Positions 42,621 through 54,426 of a stretch of 64,000 nucleotides of DNA are shown here, in pieces. The DNA comes from an uncultured Planctomycetota bacterium. Its GTDB lineage: Bacteria > Planctomycetota > Planctomycetia > Isosphaerales > Isosphaeraceae. The notes beneath the pieces are model-generated. The model did no database searches and was not told where the DNA came from. It saw only the letters and a list, made by a program, of their open reading frames with translations. A program made the position numbers and the translations under genes. The stretch is taken from positions 672,001 to 736,000 of the forward strand of contig CAWGMQ010000004.1 in NCBI GenBank assembly GCA_963823665.1. The letters are read 5' to 3'. The first letter of the stretch is position 1, and every line of letters begins with the position of its first letter.

Positions 42621-44436
42621 TCATTCCGCAGCGCTGAACACCATGACGCCCGGCTCGTTCACCGCGGTTCGCTTCCCGGTTTTCGGATCGATTGCCACCA
42701 CTGCAAGTGTGCCACGCAGACCCCCTGCGGTCGCGGCGGGTACCTCGGTCACGTTCCAACCGCAGGCTTTTAGCTTCGCGACGAACTCGGAGCTGTAGGC
42801 TCCCTTTGGAATCGACGCCCGCTCCGGCGACCCGATCGGAGCGACTTCGCCCGAGGCAAGCTCGGCAAGCAGCGGCGGAGCCGCCAGGACCGTCGCAAGA
42901 TCCTCGCGCCGGCCCAGAACCCCAAGCAGCAACCGGATGCTCTCCGGTATCAGCGACGCACCAATCGAGCCCGTCGCCAGCACCGGCTTGTCGTCCGCGA
43001 ATGCAATGGTGTCAATGATCTGATGCGGAACGCGTTCGCCCGGCTTGAGCCCTGCGAGCGTCGTCTGCTGAAACCCCGCGGAATCAGGGATCGGCACGCC
43101 ATCCACAACGATACCCGTATCACCCCAGATAACGGCATTGATCGTATGGGTCACGGCCGCAATGTTCCCCTCCTTGTCGATGACGACAATCGCATTGGAG
43201 TGTTTCGGGTCGTCGCTCCCAGACCGCTGCCCAGAAATCTGCCCGAGCAACGGCGCAACCGCCGCGGCGAAACCCTTCCCGAGTTGCTCGCCGGCCGAAA
43301 TGTCGACGCCCTTGCCGCGCAGCAAGCTCGATGTCTTTCTATCGAGTGCAGGAGATGAGCCGGCGATCTGGCTAATGCGGTTCATGGCCTGGAACGTTTC
43401 CAGCGTCATTCCAGTAAGGACCTTTCTGGTCAAGTTTCAGTGCCTCGGCCAGATTCAACCCGACCAACAAGGCGTACGCACCGAGATTCGGTGGACCGTT
43501 CACATACACCGTGTGGCCGAACATCGTCTCCTTGTAGGGCTCGCTCCATACTGGCTTGTATCGCTTCATGTCTTCAAGAGTCGCTTTCCCGCCTTCGCGC
43601 TGGATGATCCTCACGAAGTTTTGCCCCCACTGACCGGTATACATGTAGCGTGATCCCTGCTCACTAACCGCTTTCAACGTTTGAGCCAGCTCGGTTTGGA
43701 CGAACAGATCACCGGCCTTGGGCGTCTCGCCGCGTTCCTGGCGGCTGAACTGCCAACCCTCCGGCGTGCGGGCTAAAGCCTTTGCGCGAAACGCGAAATA
43801 ATACTGAAGAGCCGGAGAAATGCGGATGCCGTGCTCCGCATACCAGACGGCCGGCTCGAATAGCTCGCGGAAGGGCAGACGCCCGAAACGGCTGTGCATG
43901 GCCTCAACACCCGCCATGAACCCCGGCACGAGCGTCTCACGCCCCTTGGCGCCACCGGCGGTCGGTTTGGGCACTAACTTCGCCAGGGCCGGGCCCAGGT
44001 CGCTGACAGGGATGCTCTTCGGATCAGTCTCGCCCAGATACGAATTGAAGCCCGCATCCATCGAATAAACCTTGCGGGTTTTGGCGTCGTAATAGACCAT
44101 TGTGAACACGCCCGCGTACGACACAACGGAACCTAACTGCGTCGCGACCTGCGTCAGTGCGGTGGTCGCGGCCGCATCCGCCGCACTTCCTCCGAGCTTG
44201 AGCGCCCGGATCCCGGCGTAAACCGCAATTGGCGAGACCGTCGCCGAAACAAGACCACCCGTGCCTTCAATTTGTCGTTTTTCGGGCGGCGACACAACAA
44301 GGCTCTCAAGTTTCTCGACTCTCTGTCTCTCGGCGTCTGGCCAGTTTGAAGGCGATAGTCCGTCGCCGTAGCAACTCGATGCGCTCGCGAGCACAAGCAC
44401 GACGCTTGGTGCGATTAAATTCTTGAACGCAACCAT
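42621..44436 (-). CDS. exported gamma-glutamyltransferase family protein, frameshift near 43400
   Basis: GGSAADAA, TLVPGFMAG, RFGRLPFRELFEPAVWYAEHG, small subunit HSNAIVVIDKEGNIAAVTHTIN; AAGGAG RBS. Confidence 0.85.
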
Positions 44437-44808
44437 GAGCACTCCTTTGTGAGCGAGCCTACAGGATGTCCTTAGACGCGCAGAGTGATGGCGATGCGGG
44501 AGGGCCTTGATCACTTGAATTCTTGGCGCCAGATCGCCCGGGCCGTCGGAACGCTCCCAGTATACGCTCGCGCTGACCAGCCCTGTTACGACCCGCCGCG
44601 CCCGACGTAACCGTCGAGTGCCCGACCGCCTCGCGAAGCCCTAAGTGGCCCCTTTTCAGAAATAACTGTGGGGTTGCAATTTTAGTGTGTTTGGCTCGGT
44701 GAAGCACGCTTTGAGCGAACCTATCTCGACAATTGATTGTGAAGACGCTACGCACAAACAACCTTTAGAATTCTCTTGGTTTCCTTCGTTTCCTTCTGTT
44801 CCAAAAAG

Positions 44809-44931
44809 GCACAGTTGCTCAGTTACATGAAATTACTCGACGTGCCGCTGGGTCTGTTGTTCAACTTCCACGAGATCAAGCTCTCGGACGGGATTTCGAG
44901 GCTGATCCTGCCGGGTGCAAATCAGTCTTGA
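44809..44931 (+). pseudogene. 3' remnant of a GxxExxY family (PD-(D/E)XK) gene
   Basis: AQLLSYMKLLDVPLGLLFNFHEIKLSDGISRLILPGANQS*; not in the ORF track. Confidence 0.75.
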
Positions 44932-45347
44932 CCAGAAGGAAACAGAGTCAACGAAGAGCGGTGGCTCGCAGTTTGGGCGGGATTGGCGGAAGAGTGCACT
45001 GGAACTCGCCGCTTCACTCACGCTTTCGTCGTCGGGAAGGAGGCTCGGCTCGCAGGAGCACGCTTTGAGCGAACCTGACTCCACAACTAACTGTGAACTG
45101 GACCACTAAGGCGGTGATGGCCAAGCGATTTACAGGCATTGCACTCACCCAAGCATTCGTAGTTGGTGTGTCGTTGCGGCGAGCGCTCGCTCGTGCGACG
45201 CCAGGACTGCCCCTTTTGTTGCCTGTTCGGGTAAGATGGTGTAATCCATCGGCACGGAAAGCGAAGTACTTCGAGGCACCAAGCTGGGAGACAGGGCAGC
45301 CGCGGCATAAACTATGGCCCGGCTTGGCGAAAGGATGAGCATTTGCG

Positions 45348-48300
45348 ATGAAGCGGACGGGTCGTAGCCGCGCTCGACGCCTCTGGCGGGCCGGGGCGCT
45401 TCTGGTCCTTCTGGCCGCCACGGGGTTCATCGCGGCGCTGCCGTGGGTGCTCGCCTTGCCGTTTGCGCAGCAGCAGCTCAAGGCCGCCGCCAATCGAATT
45501 CTCGCGCCAAGCCGAGTCGAGTTCGGCTCGATCGCACTTTCCTGGAATCACTCCACGACGATCAAGGGTCTGGTGCTCCATGACGCACAGGGGGATGAGC
45601 TGCTGGTTTCGCCCCGCGCGGTCCTCAACTGGAGTCTATCGCAAATCCTCTTCGCACAACCGATCGATGCCTCGCTCGCGATCGAGAAGGGCGATCTCGA
45701 CATCGAGCGGTTCACTGATGGCTCGGTCGACCTTTACGAAACCCTCAAGCCTGTCATCAGCGAACATCCCCCAAAACGCCTCGTCATCCGTATCCCGAGT
45801 GGAAGCCTCCGGTTTCGCGACCCGGCTTTCTCCGAGCCGGTCGTTGCCGAGCAGGCGGAAATGACGATCAATCTCGGAATGCTCAATGAACCGATCCGCT
45901 GGGACATTCACCTGAACCGGACCGATCAGGAGAAACGGCTCGACTTGGTCGGGATGTACAGCCGCGCTGAGATCGATTCGAGCGGCGAACACGATCTGGA
46001 GCTGTCGCTCACAGCAGCCAACTGGCCGTGGACGCTGACTAACCCATGGATTGACTCGCGCGGCCAGTTGAACGGCGCGCTCGCAGGAAGGCGAAAGCTC
46101 GGACGCATCTCGATCGAAGGTGACGCAACTGTGAACGATCTCGTCGCTCTCGGCCCGATCATCGGCTCGGATACGCTCCACATCGAGACGGCACGGGCGA
46201 GTTGGAAGATCGACGGCGACGGCACGGCCTGGACCGTCGAGCGGCTCGACCTCACATCTCCGCTGGCAACAGTGCAAGCGGCAGGGTGCGTGCCGCCGAC
46301 TCCCGATCGCGGCGCCTGGTTCCAGGGCGATCTGGACCTGGCCGCGCTGGCACGCCAGCTTCCGCAGACGCTCCATCTGCGCGACGACTTGCGAGTCGAG
46401 CGCGGCGCGGCGCGACTGCGAGCCGATGTCGAATCGAACGCATCGGGAGATCTCCACGTCTGTAATGTTACGGGAAACGTGACAGACTTGATCGCCCATC
46501 AGGGCCAAAAGACCCTGACCCTTACGGAACCCGCGAGCTTGAATGCGAAGATCCGGAAGTCCGGCGACACGACCGTGCTCGAGCGATTCCAGATCCAGAC
46601 GCCATTTCTGACGGCCGAGGGAGAGGGAGACCTCGATCGCGGCATCGCCGCCCGGGCGACCGTCGATCTTGCCGTCTTCCGCGAGCGCTTTCGCGACTGG
46701 CTTGATCTGGGAGGGGTCGTTCTCGCCGGCAAGGGAAAGTTGAACGCTTCGTACAGGCGGCAAGGGGAGGCTTTCGATGCCCGGGCGACTGCCGAGCTCC
46801 GCGACGTGCGCCTCGACGGCTTGCCGGTCCTCGGGCAGATCGAGCGCGAGCTGGTCACGTTCGTTGCGAGTGCCGACGGTGGTACCTCGGGCTCGGGCTT
46901 GCCGCGTGATTGGCGAAACCTGACTCTCGAGGCCAGGAGCGGCGCGGCCCAGGGCAAGGTCGCGGCGGCCAACGATCGAGCGGGCCACATGAGCTTGCGC
47001 GCAACCGGCCAGGCCGATTCTAGCCTGAGTGGCCGGCAGGGCCGCGCTTTGGCCGAGCTGAGCGCGATTGGAGACGCGGCGGGCTGGACTGCCGAACGCA
47101 TCGTGCTCGGTCTCGCACCGAGCAAGCCCGGAGAGGCAAGCAGCATGGATGAGGCAACCGTGCGCTGGAACGGCCGCGGGCGCTACGACTGGGCCGGCGA
47201 CGTACTGACCATCGAGTCCTCGCCGACATCGCTGCCCGGCGGTGAGAAAGCGAAGCACCTGACATGGATCGCGGGTGACCAGAAAGTGCGGTTGAGCGGG
47301 TTGCGATCCTGGCCTTCCACGCAGATCGAGGCGGCCGCGAAGCTCGATCTGGCCTCGGCGGGAAGGGTGCTGGCGCCCGACCAGGAAGCCTGGGCGGGCG
47401 GGCTCGATGCGCTGCGTGCGCATTCGGCCCGATCGGGACCTCTGGAACCTGGGTATTCGGGTTGACCTGCATGAGCCGGCGCAGCTCAGCAAGGGAAAGC
47501 CGCGGTTCAAGATCGATGGCGACGTGAGCCTCGCCGTGACGGCAAAGTATACGCCCGCTCTGGATAAACTCGATGTGATCGAGATGGGGCTCACGGCGCC
47601 CTACGTGCAGCTCGACGGAACAGGATCCGTCATGAACCTGGCCGACGGGCCCGAGCTGGACTTGAAGGGCATGCTCGCGCTGGATTGGCCGGCGATCGAG
47701 AAGCAACTGGCACAGAAAGTTGAGCCCGGTGCGCGGATCACGGGCCGGCCACGGCAGTGGCGTCTCTCGGGAAAGCTCCCGGCCAACCCCGCGATCGACC
47801 GGCTCGGCTCGCTGCGCGGTGAGATCGGCGTTCAGATCGACTCGCTCGACATCTTCGGGATGCGGCTCAGCCAGACACCAATCGTGGTGCGAGCCTCGGA
47901 CGGCCGGCTCTCAATCGACCCGATCGATGCCAGGTTGAACGGAGGCATATTGCACGCCGACCCGGAGATCTCGCGCATGAAGGACAATTCGAGCTGGCTG
48001 AGGCTCAGCTCGGAGACCCGTCTGGAAGGGGCCGTCATCAACGACGAGGTCTCGCATCGAGTGCTCTCGTTCGTCGCTCCGGTGCTGGATGGTGCCACCC
48101 GTGTCCAGGGCCGGGTTTCGTTCGAGCTGGCAGAGGCAGTCTTCCCGATCGCGGGGGCGCCGGAGGCACCGTATCTGGCCCAGGGCAAGGTCCTCTTCGA
48201 CGACGTGCGGTTCATGCCCGGAGAGCTGGCCGATCAGTTGCTCGGCGTATTCCGGCTCGATAGCAAGCCCCTGATTGAGCTGAGCGAACCGATCTCGGTC

Positions 48301-48776
48301 CGAGTCACCGAAGGGAAGGTCCATCAGCGGGGTCTGGTGCTCCCGGTGGGCAACCTGGCTAGAATCGCACTCGACGGCTCGGTCGATTTCCAGAAGAACA
48401 TCGACATGGTGGCGCGGTTCGCGCTCAATCCGCCGCAGAACGCGACTGCCGGTACTCTCACCACTGGTCGAGACGGCCCGGTTTGAGCTTCCCGATCCGC
48501 GGAACTCTCGCGAAACCGAAGATCGACGGCGAAGCCTTGAAAGAGAAATGGAAGACATTCGGGGGCGGCCTGCTGCAAGGTTCACTCGAAGCCGGGGTCA
48601 ACGGCCTGCAAATGCTGCTTCAAGGCATGCCCGATCAACCATTTCGCGGGATCTTTCCGCCCGCGCGTGCCAGGCCGGCGAGCCCCGAAGACCGGCGCCG
48701 GTTGAAAGATGACCGGCGGAAAGACCGGCTGGAGAAGAAAGCCGCTCGCCAGAAAACGCAGCCGCCACCGGAGTAG
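45348..48776 (+). CDS. large AsmA-like / beta-rich envelope protein, frameshifts near 47410 and 48450
   Basis: Three consecutive ORFs. N-terminal TM anchor, amphipathic beta strands, C-terminal DGSVDF...PIRGTLAKPKID resembling AsmA-like C-termini. Confidence 0.65.
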
Positions 48777-49060
48777 CACCAAGCGAAGCATCATGACTGT
48801 CTGCACACGCGAGTTTGCTGCGGCAGATCGCGTGTTGATTCGGGTTGAGATCGGCGCATGTCGTTATTCAGGTAATGTTCTGGGTTTCCTATCCCTTGCG
48901 TGATCGAGGGTGCGTTGCTACTCTATTTTCTGCGAGGCTTTCGGGCACCAGTCTCGTCCAATGCATGGGCAGGTGGAGCAGCGCGCCCTCCCTGCGATCG
49001 CGCCTCCGGCGGTGCGACGGACGGTCGCTCGCTCAGCGCATCTGGTGACGGAACTGGCCG

Positions 49061-49687
49061 ATGGGTGATTATCTACGGCTCCTGACTGTCGATGACAAGG
49101 ACATACCGCTCGCCACGCTGCAACGGGCCGTGCCGGCGGTTGCAATCTGGTCGGTGGATCATCCCGGCATGCTCGGCAATTACCTGGCGATCGGCCCCAA
49201 GTTGGGCTCGATGCAGGATGTTTGGGTGACCATCGAGCGCAACCCTGTCGGGCCCAATACGCTAGGCGCCGAGGAAGTAGCCGAGTTCATCGACGGGCTG
49301 GATTCCGGCGGCCCGCCGGCCGCCGTGCGATGGCTGAGCGATTATCTCGAGACGATCCGCGCGATCTACGCGATGCGTCTCTATCCCGAGGCGATCGCCG
49401 GCCACCCCGAAGCGGAAGACACAGTCTATGCCGTGCGCACGGCCTTGCGCGACGCAGTCGGCGGCATCGGCCAGTGGGACGGGCACGGCTTCACCAACCA
49501 GGATGACCGGCTCATCTGGTGCGATCCGAGCATGGATTTGACGGGAATCACCGAGGCAGCGCTCCTGGACGAATCTACGGGCGAGTGGATCGCGATCGAG
49601 CTCAACCTGGGAGATCCAGAAGAACTGGCCGGGTTCCTCCGCGGCGAGTTTCCCAAGCGATCGAGGCATCGCATCCCGCCGAAATAG
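49061..49687 (+). CDS. hypothetical acidic protein
   Basis: Clean ORF with GC-rich third positions; no recognised motif. Confidence 0.65.
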   Translation: MGDYLRLLTVDDKDIPLATLQRAVPAVAIWSVDHPGMLGNYLAIGPKLGSMQDVWVTIERNPVGPNTLGAEEVAEFIDGLDSGGPPAAVRWLSDYLETIRAIYAMRLYPEAIAGHPEAEDTVYAVRTALRDAVGGIGQWDGHGFTNQDDRLIWCDPSMDLTGITEAALLDESTGEWIAIELNLGDPEELAGFLRGEFPKRSRHRIPPK

Positions 49688-49804
49688 CAACACGTCCAGC
49701 GAACGGTTGCATTCAAGGTCGCGGCGTTCTGGCAGATCAGGTCGTGCGAAACACGGGCCCTTGGCTGTCGCCACCCGGCCCACCAGATTGTACGGGCCAA
49801 ACGG

Positions 49805-51736
49805 ATGACATCGCCGAGAAAGGCCGTTTCAGGAAAAGTGGTCATCGGCGGCGCGGCTGTCGTGATCGCGGTCGCGGGATTCGTTTACTGGCTTCGAAAA
49901 GAAGCGATCGAAGGCATCTACGCATACGTGAAGCCAGCGCCTCCTGCGCCGATTCAGCCGGGCCAATCGTCGAGCCGCAATCGACACACTGGACCCTGGG
50001 GGAATCGTCACACCGGTCTCGACTGGGCATTCAAGGTTTACCGGCAAATGCCGGCCGAGGACTGGCAGGCAAGCGACTGCTACATGCTCGCCGAAACACT
50101 GTTGAGAGAGGATCGCCTTGCGCTGGCTCGTGCAGCGCTCGAAGCCGCGCGGCGGATCGACGGTAATCACCGAGAAACCATCGAGGGCCTCGACTTTTTG
50201 AAGCGACAGCAGGCCGCGGCGCCACCCCGGAAGCGTGCCGAGCTGCGCAATGCGCTCAGCCGGATCGAGCCGCTGCAATCGGTTCCGAGCGGCCCGGCAC
50301 TCGGCCTTCTGGTGCTGGCTGTCGCCAGTTACACGCGAGACCAGTTTCACGAAACGGAATTCCTCGATCGTATCCGCGCTCGCTATAACGCGTCCCTCAA
50401 GCGACTGCAAACGCCCGACGATGTCGTGAAGCTCGTGGCACGGCTGCTGCTGGAAACCGGGCGTGCGGTCGAGGCGCGCGAGCTGCTCGAGCCGCTGCTC
50501 GAACCCGGCAAGAGCAGCGGCCCGTCTCCCGATCCGCCGGCTCCCGACCAGGAAGCGGCTTGGCTGATGAGCCGCGCGGCGCTTCAGCTCGGCACGCACG
50601 ACACAGCAGACCGGATGCTCACGCTGGCGGATGACTTCGGCAAGAGCGCCGCCGCGGAGGTCGAGCCTGCACCGTTCGTTGGATCCAGGCGATGCGGGGA
50701 ATGTCATCGCACGATCTATCGCACGCAGCAGCGAGCGAACCGTCACTCGCAGACGCTGCGCTTCGGCACAGACCTCAAGGACGTGCCGCTCCCGCACGAG
50801 CCGATCGCGGACGCGGCGGTCCCCGGCATCACTCATTCGTTCAAACGGACGAGCGACCGCGAGATCGAGATGCGATCGCAGAAAGATTCCCAGGTCTTTC
50901 AGGCAATCGTCGAATATGCCGTCGGCTCAGGCCGGCACGGCATCACGATGCTCGGCCGGGATGAAGAGGGGATCGAGCGCGAGCTGCGGGTCTCTTATTC
51001 CGGCCTGGACGGTACCTGGCGCCAGACCAAGGGGATCACGTTCGCCCCACAACAGCCGGGAGACCACAATGGTGTGGCGCTCGGACAGCAGGAGGTCAAT
51101 CACTGCCTTTCGTGTCACTCGACATGGTTTCGCTCGGTTTCTCCGGACCACACCGGTACGCGGCCGCCGGAGGGCGAGGACCGTGGAATCGGCTGCGAGA
51201 GCTGTCATGGACCCGGGTTGAACCACGTCAGGGCAGCCAAAACGGGATTTGCCGAGCTGGCGATCACGCTGAGCACAAAGACGCCGTCTCGCGCGCAGCT
51301 CAGCTCGTGCGCCCAGTGCCACTCCGAAGACGGCACGGTCCCGCCGAGCGACCCCGAATTCACGCGGTTCCAGGGAACGACGTTTCTCTACAGCCGCTGC
51401 TTCATCGCAAACCAGGACCGCTTCGCGTGCACGACCTGCCATGACCCGCATGGTGCTCTGGAGACGGACAGCGCTCGCTATGAGGCAAAATGCCTGGCCT
51501 GCCATGCGACAGAGCCTCGCCTCGCGCCGGCCGCCGCAGCCGCCGTTCGTGGGAAAGCGTGCCCCGTCAATCCCGCCGGCGATTGCATTTCATGCCACAT
51601 GCCAAAGGTGGAAGATCCGTCGCGGAATGCGCGGTTCACGGACCATCACATTCGCCCCCACCGGCGCGAGAGCCAGGCGGAGAACCGCGAATCGAGCCAG
51701 CGGCGGGTGCCCATCCACGGTGAGCGGCTCAAGTAG
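49805..51736 (+). CDS. membrane-anchored TPR-like + multiheme cytochrome c (c554/c552-like)
   Basis: Seven CxxCH motifs: CGECH, CLSCH, CESCH, CAQCH, CTTCH, CLACH, CISCH; FTDHHI tail. Confidence 0.9.
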   Translation: MTSPRKAVSGKVVIGGAAVVIAVAGFVYWLRKEAIEGIYAYVKPAPPAPIQPGQSSSRNRHTGPWGNRHTGLDWAFKVYRQMPAEDWQASDCYMLAETLLREDRLALARAALEAARRIDGNHRETIEGLDFLKRQQAAAPPRKRAELRNALSRIEPLQSVPSGPALGLLVLAVASYTRDQFHETEFLDRIRARYNASLKRLQTPDDVVKLVARLLLETGRAVEARELLEPLLEPGKSSGPSPDPPAPDQEAAWLMSRAALQLGTHDTADRMLTLADDFGKSAAAEVEPAPFVGSRRCGECHRTIYRTQQRANRHSQTLRFGTDLKDVPLPHEPIADAAVPGITHSFKRTSDREIEMRSQKDSQVFQAIVEYAVGSGRHGITMLGRDEEGIERELRVSYSGLDGTWRQTKGITFAPQQPGDHNGVALGQQEVNHCLSCHSTWFRSVSPDHTGTRPPEGEDRGIGCESCHGPGLNHVRAAKTGFAELAITLSTKTPSRAQLSSCAQCHSEDGTVPPSDPEFTRFQGTTFLYSRCFIANQDRFACTTCHDPHGALETDSARYEAKCLACHATEPRLAPAAAAAVRGKACPVNPAGDCISCHMPKVEDPSRNARFTDHHIRPHRRESQAENRESSQRRVPIHGERLK

Positions 51737-52674
51737 CCGAGATGGCCGCCGTGGCGCACCAGCTCGACGTCGAGCGCCGGGGGTGTCGCAATGTTCAGGA
51801 ATGGCTCGGCGCCGATGAAGGGGTCGTCGAGGGCGTGGACCACGAGCCCCGGCAGTGCGATACGCCCGAGCCCGTCCTTGACGCTGCACCGAGCGTAGTA
51901 GTCGTCGGCCGATGCAAAGCCGCCGCGCGGGGCGGTGTACCTGTCGTCGAAGTCGTAGAGTGTTCTCACCCCCTGCAGGCCCGACGGTCCCAGGTCGGGA
52001 AAGTGTTGATGCAGACGATCGACCATCGCGCGTAGCCAGCGCACGAAGTTCCAGTTGTACATGCGGTTCTCGCGACGGCGCATCTGGCGTGCGCAGTGGA
52101 TCAGATCGATGGGGGCATTGGCCGCCAGCAGGCAGTCCAGGCCGTCCACGGGGTTGTCGGCCGCTTCAATGCCGGCCTTGAGCACGAGACTCGCTCCCAG
52201 GGAAAAGCCGATCAGGGCGATGGGCGAGCCTTCGGTCCGCCCGTGCAGCCAGCGCACGACTTGAAGCAGATCATCGCTGCGCCCCGCGTGGTAAATCTGG
52301 CGAGCAAGACCGAATCCATCGCCAGAGCCGCGCAGGTTCATCCGCACGACGCGGATGCCCAGTCCGATGAGTCGCTGGCTCAGGCGGCCCATGTAGTTGG
52401 CGTCGGCACAACCCGCGAGCCCATGCACCAGAACCGCGGCAGGCATCGGGGGTTCCCAGCCCTCGGGAATCGATTCCAGAACCAGGAGCCGGTCGCCGTC
52501 GGGCAATGCAATCTGGTGCGGCGCGGCGGCAAGCTTCAATCGCTCGCCCCCGATGTATCGCCCAACGATGGTCTGGACGTGCGCTCCCTTCAACAGCGGG
52601 TGCGGCTCGAAACCGGGAACGCCCATTTCACACACGGCCGGCTCGAGCCGGTCTCGGTAGCTTTCAACACTCAT
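51646..52674 (-). CDS. YheT-family alpha/beta hydrolase
   Basis: HVQTI, VHGLAG, GFSLG nucleophile elbow, ALDDPF, GGHLGY. Confidence 0.88.
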   Translation of the reverse strand: MSVESYRDRLEPAVCEMGVPGFEPHPLLKGAHVQTIVGRYIGGERLKLAAAPHQIALPDGDRLLVLESIPEGWEPPMPAAVLVHGLAGCADANYMGRLSQRLIGLGIRVVRMNLRGSGDGFGLARQIYHAGRSDDLLQVVRWLHGRTEGSPIALIGFSLGASLVLKAGIEAADNPVDGLDCLLAANAPIDLIHCARQMRRRENRMYNWNFVRWLRAMVDRLHQHFPDLGPSGLQGVRTLYDFDDRYTAPRGGFASADDYYARCSVKDGLGRIALPGLVVHALDDPFIGAEPFLNIATPPALDVELVRHGGHLGYLSRSPWMGTRRWLDSRFSAWLSRRWGRM

Positions 52675-52840
52675 CGTCGCGCTACCGGCATAAACGAGCC
52701 GGTCCCCAGAAAACGCTAGGACCAATGACCATTCTAGGCTAACATTTTGTAGTAAGCTAGGTCAGAGTATACTAAGTTCATTCGGCGAATTCGCCTCTGT
52801 AAGCCATGCCACGTCGGCTATTCGGGAGCTTCGAAAAGCG

Positions 52841-54397
52841 ATGGCAGACATCGTCCTGATCAATCCTCGGTTCGAGATTTCGTATTGGGGAATGGAGTAC
52901 GCGCTGCCGTTCCTGGGAAAACGGGCCAATTTACCGGTGGCGTGCTTGCCCCTGCTGGCTGCACTAACTCCATCTGAACACACGATCACAATCATCGACG
53001 AAAATGTCGAGCCGATCGATTGGGAACGTTGCGAGCGGGCCGACATCGTCGGCTTGACCGGCATGAGCGTGCAGCGGTTCCGGATGAAGGAGATCATCAC
53101 CGAGCTGAAAGAGCGCGGGTGTTTCTGCGTGGTGGGCGGGCCCTGGATCACAGTCCAGGAAGACTACTTCGGCGATCTGGCCGACGCGATCTTCATCGGC
53201 GAGGCCGAAGATACCTGGCCGCAATTTCTGACCGAGTGGAAGCACGGCTTGCACCAGATGCGTTATGAGCAGATTGAAAAGACCGACATGACGAAGGTGC
53301 CCACTCCGCGTTTCGACCTGCTCAAGATGAAGTACTACGGATTCGGCAGTCTCCAGTTTTCACGCGGCTGCCCGTTTCAATGCGAGTTCTGCGACATCAT
53401 CGTCACGTTCGGCCGGCGCCCGCGAATCAAGACGGCCAAGCAAGTCGTGGCCGAGCTGGACGCGATTTACGAGTCGGGCATTGATCTGATCTTCATTGTC
53501 GACGACAACCTGATCGGCAACAAGAAGGCGATCAAGGACGTGCTGCGCGCGATGATCGAATGGCAGGAGCGCCACGATTACGACCTGACTTTCTTCACCG
53601 AGGCGTCGATTGACCTGGCCGACGATCAGGAACTGATGGACCTGATGGTACAGGCCAATTTCATCGCGACGTTCGTGGGTATTGAAAGCCCCGATGAAGA
53701 TGCACTCCGCGAGGCCAAGAAATACCAGAACGTGCGCAAGGGAGGCACGCTGCTCGAGAAGGTGCACCGCATCCAGGACGCCGGAATGGAAGTCTGGTGC
53801 GGGATGATCATGGGTTTTGACAGCGATGACGACGGAATCTTCGACCGCCAGGTCGATTTTATTCAGCACGCGCGGATTTCGTTCTCGATGAGCGGAATGC
53901 TCTCGGCGATTCCCAAGACGCCGCTCCACGAACGTCTCGCCGCCGAAGGCCGGTTGGACCTGTCGGATGTATCCGAATTTGGAACGAATGTTGTTCCGCT
54001 GCAGATGACCCGTGAAGACCTGCGCTCCGGGTACCTGCGGGTGCTCAACGAACTTTACGATCCCAGGGCCTACTTCGAGCGCACCGAGGCTTTGTTCCTG
54101 AAGCCGGAATTCGAGATCGGCATCAAAAAGAAGAAGCGATGGTACGCCCCGCGATTCATTCGCAAGGAGCTGGGGTTCATCGTCAAGGGGATCGGACTTT
54201 TTCTGCGACTGATGACTCACGTCCGTGACGCAGAGTTGCGCAGCGATTATCGAAAGCGGCTCTGGCGGTTCTTGAAGGTACACCGGCGTCCGGGATTCGT
54301 CCTTTTCTATTTGTTTCACATGACGATGCACTATCATGCACATTTCCTCGCCCGGAAGATGGTCAGCCACGAGCTCCAGCTCGTGAATTCATTCTGA
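52841..54397 (+). CDS. B12-binding radical SAM protein (DUF4070-type C-terminus)
   Basis: B12-binding N-terminus (VVGGPW); SRGCPFQCEFC; VDDNLIGN; FFTEASIDLA. Confidence 0.9.
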   Translation: MADIVLINPRFEISYWGMEYALPFLGKRANLPVACLPLLAALTPSEHTITIIDENVEPIDWERCERADIVGLTGMSVQRFRMKEIITELKERGCFCVVGGPWITVQEDYFGDLADAIFIGEAEDTWPQFLTEWKHGLHQMRYEQIEKTDMTKVPTPRFDLLKMKYYGFGSLQFSRGCPFQCEFCDIIVTFGRRPRIKTAKQVVAELDAIYESGIDLIFIVDDNLIGNKKAIKDVLRAMIEWQERHDYDLTFFTEASIDLADDQELMDLMVQANFIATFVGIESPDEDALREAKKYQNVRKGGTLLEKVHRIQDAGMEVWCGMIMGFDSDDDGIFDRQVDFIQHARISFSMSGMLSAIPKTPLHERLAAEGRLDLSDVSEFGTNVVPLQMTREDLRSGYLRVLNELYDPRAYFERTEALFLKPEFEIGIKKKKRWYAPRFIRKELGFIVKGIGLFLRLMTHVRDAELRSDYRKRLWRFLKVHRRPGFVLFYLFHMTMHYHAHFLARKMVSHELQLVNSF

Positions 54398-54426
54398 ACG
54401 ACCGCGGTGGGCTCGAGGAGTGACCC

